A DNA stretch of 9,009 nt from Octopus sinensis (lineage: Eukaryota). The position numbers and the translations under genes are program-made. The notes beneath the pieces were generated by a model, which was not told the origin of the DNA, did not search any database, and was given only the letters and a program-made list of their open reading frames with translations. The stretch spans positions 1-9,009 of the forward strand of contig NW_021828225.1 in assembly GCF_006345805.1 (NCBI RefSeq), written 5' to 3'. Shown here in pieces: positions 6,944-9,009 of this stretch (the stretch's first letter is position 1; every line of letters begins with the position of its first letter).

Positions 6944-7030
6944 ATAGTTGAAATTTATAGGAAAACAAAAGACGAAGACAGGTGTATGAACACCTGTATT
7001 TGTTTGACGTTCGGGAAAGTGAAAAAGTCT
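6944..7030. repeat. Short interspersed-repeat fragment containing a perfect 8-bp hairpin; possibly Penelope-associated
   Basis: ACAGGTGT-ATGA-ACACCTGT at 6978-6997 is seen directly. The family link rests only on recall of a common octopus repeat (ATAGTTGAAATTTA..GACGAAGACAGGTGTA..TTTGACG.TCGGGAA). Confidence 0.25.
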
Positions 7031-7064
7031 ATGTATATATATACAAGTGTATATATACAAGTGT

Positions 7065-8640
7065 ATTCCTGATATGACTGATCTGAGCTGTATCAGTGAT
7101 GTTACTCCTCAATATACTTTATCGGACATAACCTTTGGCGCTCCTAATGTCTTAGCAGCAATAAAGGAATGAAGCATAATTCAGCAGTAGGTCCGATAGG
7201 TCCCTGCTTGTGTCTTGAAGATGTGTCAAAACCAACTTGCACCCCCTCTAGCCAATCTGTGGCGGAACTCACTGGATGCTGGATATATACCAGAAGACCT
7301 TCTATCCCAGTCTGTTGTCCCAGTTTTCAAAAAAGGAAACAAATCGCTTGCCGTGAATTACCGTCCAATCTCACTTACCTCTCATATCATAAGGTATTTG
7401 AGGGAGTGCTGAGATCGCGTATGACTCACTTCCTCGAGAGTCATAATATACTGAACTCCAACCAGCATGGATTCCGTAATGAAAGAGATTGCCTGACGCA
7501 GCTACTGCATCATTTTGATGACATTTTGAGAGCCTTGGGAGAGGGTTCCAACACTGATGTCATCTACCTTGATTTCAGCAAGGCCTTTGACAGGGTTGAT
7601 CATAAGATCCTTTTGAGAAAGCTGTCCAATATTAGTGTTACTGGAAAGCTGCTGCAGTGGATCAAGTGCTTCCTGTCTAACAGAACCCAACATGTCGTAG
7701 TCGAAGGAGTCAAATCCAGCCCAGCCAAAGTCAGCAGTGGTGTCCCACAAGGCACTGTGTTGGGCCCACTTCTCTTCATCATCTACATTAGTGATATTAC
7801 TGACACCATCAAACACAGTAACATCAGAACCTTCGCTGATTATTCCAAGCTCCAGAAGGTCATCAATGGCGTGGATGACCGAAAAAGCCTTCAGTCAGAC
7901 TTACTGGCTGTTGTCCAATGTGCGGAAAAGAACAACATGTTGCTAAACGAAGACAAATTCGAACTGATCCACTTTGGAAGGGAGGACGCTCTGAAACTCC
8001 CATACTCCCTTCCTTCTGGAGAAATTCTCATGGCGTCTAACAACATCAGAGACTTGGATTCTCAGAACCTTCCAGTCGAGAGATTCCTACACCATTATCC
8101 TTCTCTTCTCCACTTTTGCTCGACCCCACCTTGAATACTGCTGTCCACTGTGGTCTCCCTACACAAAACAAAATATTATGAGAATTGAAGCTCCCCAAAG
8201 GTCAATCACAAAAAAGATAGATGGCATGTCAGACCTTGACTACTGGGGTAGACTAGAGAAATTGAAACTGTATTCACTCCAACGACGCCCAGAACGCTAC
8301 ATTATCTGTATGATGTGGAAAATATTCCATTAGCACTGTCCGAATGATGTTGGCATCACCTTCAAAATACATCCAAGGCTTGGACCACGTGCCATCCGTC
8401 CACAACAAAAATCTAAATCGCATCATATAACGACAATACGGCACAATTATTTCACCTCAATTGGACCCGCTCTCTTCAACATTACACCAGGACACGTCAA
8501 AACAGAAACTGACCACGCAAAATTCAAGAAGTCTTTGGACAAATTCCTTCAAACAGTCCCGGACAAACCACCCACACCCGGATATGTCTCTGCAAACAAT
8601 TAACTCTCTGCTCGAATGGGCCTCGGTGCCCAAATCCTGA
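7065..8640 (+). pseudogene. Disrupted CR1 ORF2 (reverse transcriptase and C-terminal region)
   Basis: Frameshifts near 7169, 7195-7202 and 7391; second catalytic Asp replaced by Tyr (TAT 7841-7843); internal deletion plus frameshift at 8055-8057 (IRDL joined to WILRTF); TAG at 8331-8333; +1 frameshift at 8601; natural stop TGA at 8638-8640. Confidence 0.9.
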
Positions 8641-8706
8641 ATTGAAAGACTTCGCCAGGTGGTGCATTAAGTTAGACATGGCCTGGGCCAATACTGGCCA
8701 AAACCT

Positions 8707-8734
8707 TTCTAAGTTATTCTAAGTTATTCTAAGT

Positions 8735-8736
<2 letters not shown>
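8707..8736 (+). repeat. CR1 3'-terminal tandem repeat (TTCTAAGTTA)3
   Basis: Three exact 10-mers at 8707, 8717 and 8727. Confidence 0.9.

Positions 8737-8760
<24 letters not shown>
8735..8760. repeat. (TA)13 microsatellite abutting the CR1 tail
   Basis: Read directly. Confidence 0.95.
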
Positions 8761-8767
<7 letters not shown>

Positions 8768-9009
8768 AAATTTACAAAGAGACCGACACATATTTAATTG
8801 CCAAATTGTTTTTGCAAATTTATGTTTCAGAATAATTAAAATGTAAAATTTTATGAAAGAAAATACGGCTGTTACAAATAATAAAAACATTGATAGTTGA
8901 TGACTTTATTTCTCGATCGTCATAAAATTACATTTCTTTATATAATCATATAAATAATCACATATATATGTGTGTGTGTATGTGAGTGTTTTTATATATA
9001 AATAATATA

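Larger units (their letters stand above)
7065..8736 (+). mobile_element. CR1-clade LINE (family B), 5'-truncated just upstream of RT, with intact 3' terminus; dead copy
   Basis: RT motifs NYRPISLTSH, QHGFR, YLDFSKAFDRV (7565-7597), SGVPQGTVLGPLLF (7736-7777), FAD[Y] (7832-7843); C-terminal RPHLEYCCPLWSP, YWGRLEKLKLYSLQRR and KKSLDKFLQTVPDKP. 3' UTR hairpin and (TTCTAAGTTA)3 tail resembling the ATTCT-containing tandem tails of CR1. Confidence 0.92.

Noticed and set aside
7502-7946. ORFs 7502-7816, 7600-7782 and 7737-7946
   Set aside because: Antisense or alternate-frame shadows of the CR1 RT.
7169-8134. 321-aa ORF as an intact RT of a novel system (retron, DGR, group II intron, CRISPR-associated RT)
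   Set aside because: Motifs and C-terminal region are those of eukaryotic CR1 ORF2. The ORF is a chimera of frames, the catalytic motif is FADY, and there are no accessory genes or arrays.
8761-9009. AT-rich tail with AATAAA-like words and a TTTCAG acceptor-like site
   Set aside because: Expected at this AT content; no transcript evidence from sequence alone.

Overview
AT-rich, repeat-saturated eukaryotic non-coding DNA (intergenic or intronic) with no intact protein-coding gene, RNA gene, CRISPR array or prokaryotic system that I can support. From recall, not a search, the SINE families look like the abundant tRNA-derived SINEs of Octopus, so a cephalopod genome is likely. Contents: a decayed RTE-clade LINE 3' fragment (1-965,+); two decayed 5'-truncated CR1-clade LINEs of different families lying head-to-head (6333-6915,-; 7065-8736,+, RT domain with FADD mutated to FADY); four tRNA-derived SINE copies from two families; two tentative non-autonomous DNA elements (Helitron-like, Kolobok-like); and large TA/CA/TG/GGT microsatellite fields that generate most of the ORF track. 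The best signal is at RNA level. One SINE and one CR1 LINE share a 3' tail whose terminal stem-loop shows a compensatory base-pair change, the second CR1 family keeps the same 3' layout, and the two SINE families share a hairpin-forming central module. This points to a LINE/SINE partner system with modular SINE assembly. That mechanism is known in general; whether this particular pairing is described needs a database check.
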